Positions 61,623-64,000 of a stretch of 64,000 bases of DNA are shown here, piece after piece. The notes beneath the pieces were generated by a model. The model was not told the origin of the DNA. It searched no databases and saw only the letters and a program-made list of their open reading frames with translations. Location: the NCBI GenBank assembly GCA_012026655.1, contig JAAILG010001424.1, positions 1-64,000 of the forward strand, read 5' to 3'. The translations under genes and the position numbers were made by a program. Within the stretch, counting starts at the first letter, position 1. Each line of letters starts with the position of its first letter. This DNA is from Hydrolagus affinis (Eukaryota).

Positions 61623-62770
61623 CTGTGACAGAAAAACATAACACAAATAAAATAAAAGCAAAAATCACCATTAAGCATACAGGGTTAATTTGTTACCTAA
61701 TAACTGTATGGCTCTATATGGACATGAAAGAATTAAAGCTGCATTTTGTTTAAGACATTTATTTTTAAATCATTCTCTGTGCATAAAATGTCTAAATGAA
61801 AATTGCATTTAACTAAGAAAGCCTCATAAATGTAAACATATTAATGTAGTGATGTATTTAATATGGATCAAATTGAATGTACTTTAACATACTGGGGGCT
61901 ACATCACTGTCAATGAAAACATTTGTGAAACCAGGTTTATGAAGCATTTGAATACCAGTTAAAGGAATACTTGCTCATGTTAATTCAGTGTCCCACTTAA
62001 CAACAATAAAATACCACAATCCACAAGAGAGAATTGCAAATGCTGTAGACCCAGCTTCATAGATATCACAATTGAGAACATAACTTAATAAATATATTCT
62101 ATTGTAAAGACACAGGGATGGTTCCAAAGGATAATAATCAACAAATATCCACCCAATTATAATAAGAATTTTAAAAATGTGTCTATAATCCTATAAAATC
62201 TGTTTTAGTCATTCCAGGCTTGGGCTGTACCACAATTCCATTTGGGTTTGCAGAGTAGCAACATGTTCAATTGAGATTCCATAAAAGCAACAAAATGGAA
62301 TACTAATAATACCATCAGTATTGATAAAAAAAAGGTAAAAAATTATCCAGATTAACTAATGATACAAACTATCAGAAAATGAATTAGCTGATTTCAGTTG
62401 GGATGTTATATTTGGCCCCACTGTCTACTAACTCTCCTGTCAAAAGTACTGAATAATGGCCACTTGGTGAGGCCTGAAGAGTACACATGCAACCTCAAAT
62501 AACATACTTTCAGGAGAGAGGGCAAAAATGGCAGGTATTCAGAGGTGAGAGAAAATTGCAAAAAATGGAACATTGCAAGAGCTGACCAGTACTGTGTTGA
62601 AAAATCTGTACCCCCTCTGCATGATTACAGTATTTAAGAGAAAATGGATTAAAGTAGATAGAGAGTCAAGTAGAGTATAAATTCACGTAGGGTATGACTA
62701 TGGTCAAATTGCTTATTTGGGTGCTGTACAGTCTATGCAATTCTATACAGATTTTTAAGCTATACAGTAC

Positions 62771-62869
62771 CTCCACAAAACTCTTTGTATACTTTTCTGA
62801 CTTTATGCGAAGTCTCTGGATTTCTAGTTCACATGTTAAGCATTCAAGTTCAATAGCAGTTAGTGAATC
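62771..62869 (-). CDS. CFAP46: CFAP46 first complete exon in window (exon 1 of my numbering; gene continues past 64000)
   Basis: DSLTAIELECLTCELEIQRLRIKSEKYTKSFVE; phase 0-0. Confidence 0.92.
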
Positions 62870-64000
62870 CTGTAGAATAAAAATATGGTGAGAATTACAC
62901 AAAATTATAATTTAAAATTGTTTATTAGGAATGGAGAAAATCAGGAATTAGAAGAGATTATTCACCAATTTATGAAAACAAGGAAGAGGAGTAGTTCCAA
63001 AATGGATCCTGAAGCACTTCGCTTAATACTGCCACCCATTTTGCCTAACTCCCCAAACAATGATCCTCTGCCTTCTTCCCTTCAGTTAATTTTGAATCCA
63101 TTATCTTGCTCTTAATTTACTGTGACCTCAGTTTGTGAGAAAGATTTTCATGTGGTACTTTGTTAAATAACTTTTGGAAATCTAGATATACACATTAAAT
63201 TGCTTCACATTTTCAATGTGGGCAGGTCCCTCCTTAAAAAGTCTATTTGTTTGGTAAGATAAGAACTTTCTGAACCCATTCTGATTGTCATTTATTACAT
63301 TATTTTATACAACTAATTTTCTATTTCTTTCTGATGATTGAATCCATCACTTATGCAATTATTAATATCAGGCTAATATGACTTTCGTTGGCAGGTATGT
63401 TTCTGTCACCTTCAATCTTAATTAACTTCACGAAGATCCTTATAATTGAAAGAGCACAGACTTTCATTCCATCATTATTCACTAAATTAAACTCAATTCT
63501 GAAAGACAATGTTCTATCCTATTACAACAACCAGTAACCAAAATGGAAATATATTAAATACAAAAATAGAATACACAAGTAAACTATCTAGATTTTCTAT
63601 TTCCTCTTGACAAAAATAATGTTGCAAACAGAATGCCTCTATCACATACCAAAATTAGATGGAAAGGGATGGAAATACATAATTTTCTGGGCTGTTGACT
63701 TGGCAGAAAACAAATTAGTAAAGATAAAAAGACGCAATAAATTCTAGGCTCTTAATTCTCTTATACTTCTGATCTAGATCTACAGAGTAATTATCTCAGC
63801 ATACTCTTCACCATACCATATAATTAAAATGTTTAAAATAGAACTACATTATTACACATTGAATATGTTACTTATTTGGCTGTGTAACTACTGGTCAAAT
63901 GGTACAGAATTTGTATATGTTCATAGTACTTACTTTAATTTCATCTTTCTTAAATTCATTAATGCAACATGCTGCCACATCAGGATGCCTTACATCTAAT

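Noticed and set aside
63994-64000. Possible end of the preceding CFAP46 exon (TTAGAT|GTAAGG)
   Set aside because: Only 7 nt visible; cannot be supported within the window

Overview
AT-rich vertebrate genomic DNA with two N gaps. The L2, CR1, DeuSINE-like and Penelope-like repeats suggest a cartilaginous fish, possibly a chimaera (inference). Most of the window is the minus-strand gene CFAP46 (TTC40, ciliary central-pair protein). I traced 54 coding exons by hand from 62869 down to the stop at 7262, all GT-AG and phase-consistent, totalling 7227 nt (2408 aa plus stop); the 5' exons lie beyond 64000. One intron (19083-19655) has minor-spliceosome (U12) signals. About 3.7 kb past the CFAP46 stop, on the same strand, are two exons of a CCDC63/ODAD1-like coiled-coil gene, largely missed by the ORF track. 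A consensus splice donor 55 nt after the CFAP46 stop could link the two genes. Introns hold L2, CR1 and Tx1-like LINE fragments, tRNA-derived SINEs, hAT- and Tigger-like MITEs, Penelope-like remnants with hammerhead ribozyme motifs, and a perfect 41-bp-arm hairpin. Family names come from recalled motifs, not database searches, and repeat boundaries are approximate unless TIRs or TSDs are given. I found no clear evidence of a wholly new system. The best leads are the CFAP46/CCDC63-like linkage, the hammerhead motifs and the U12 intron.
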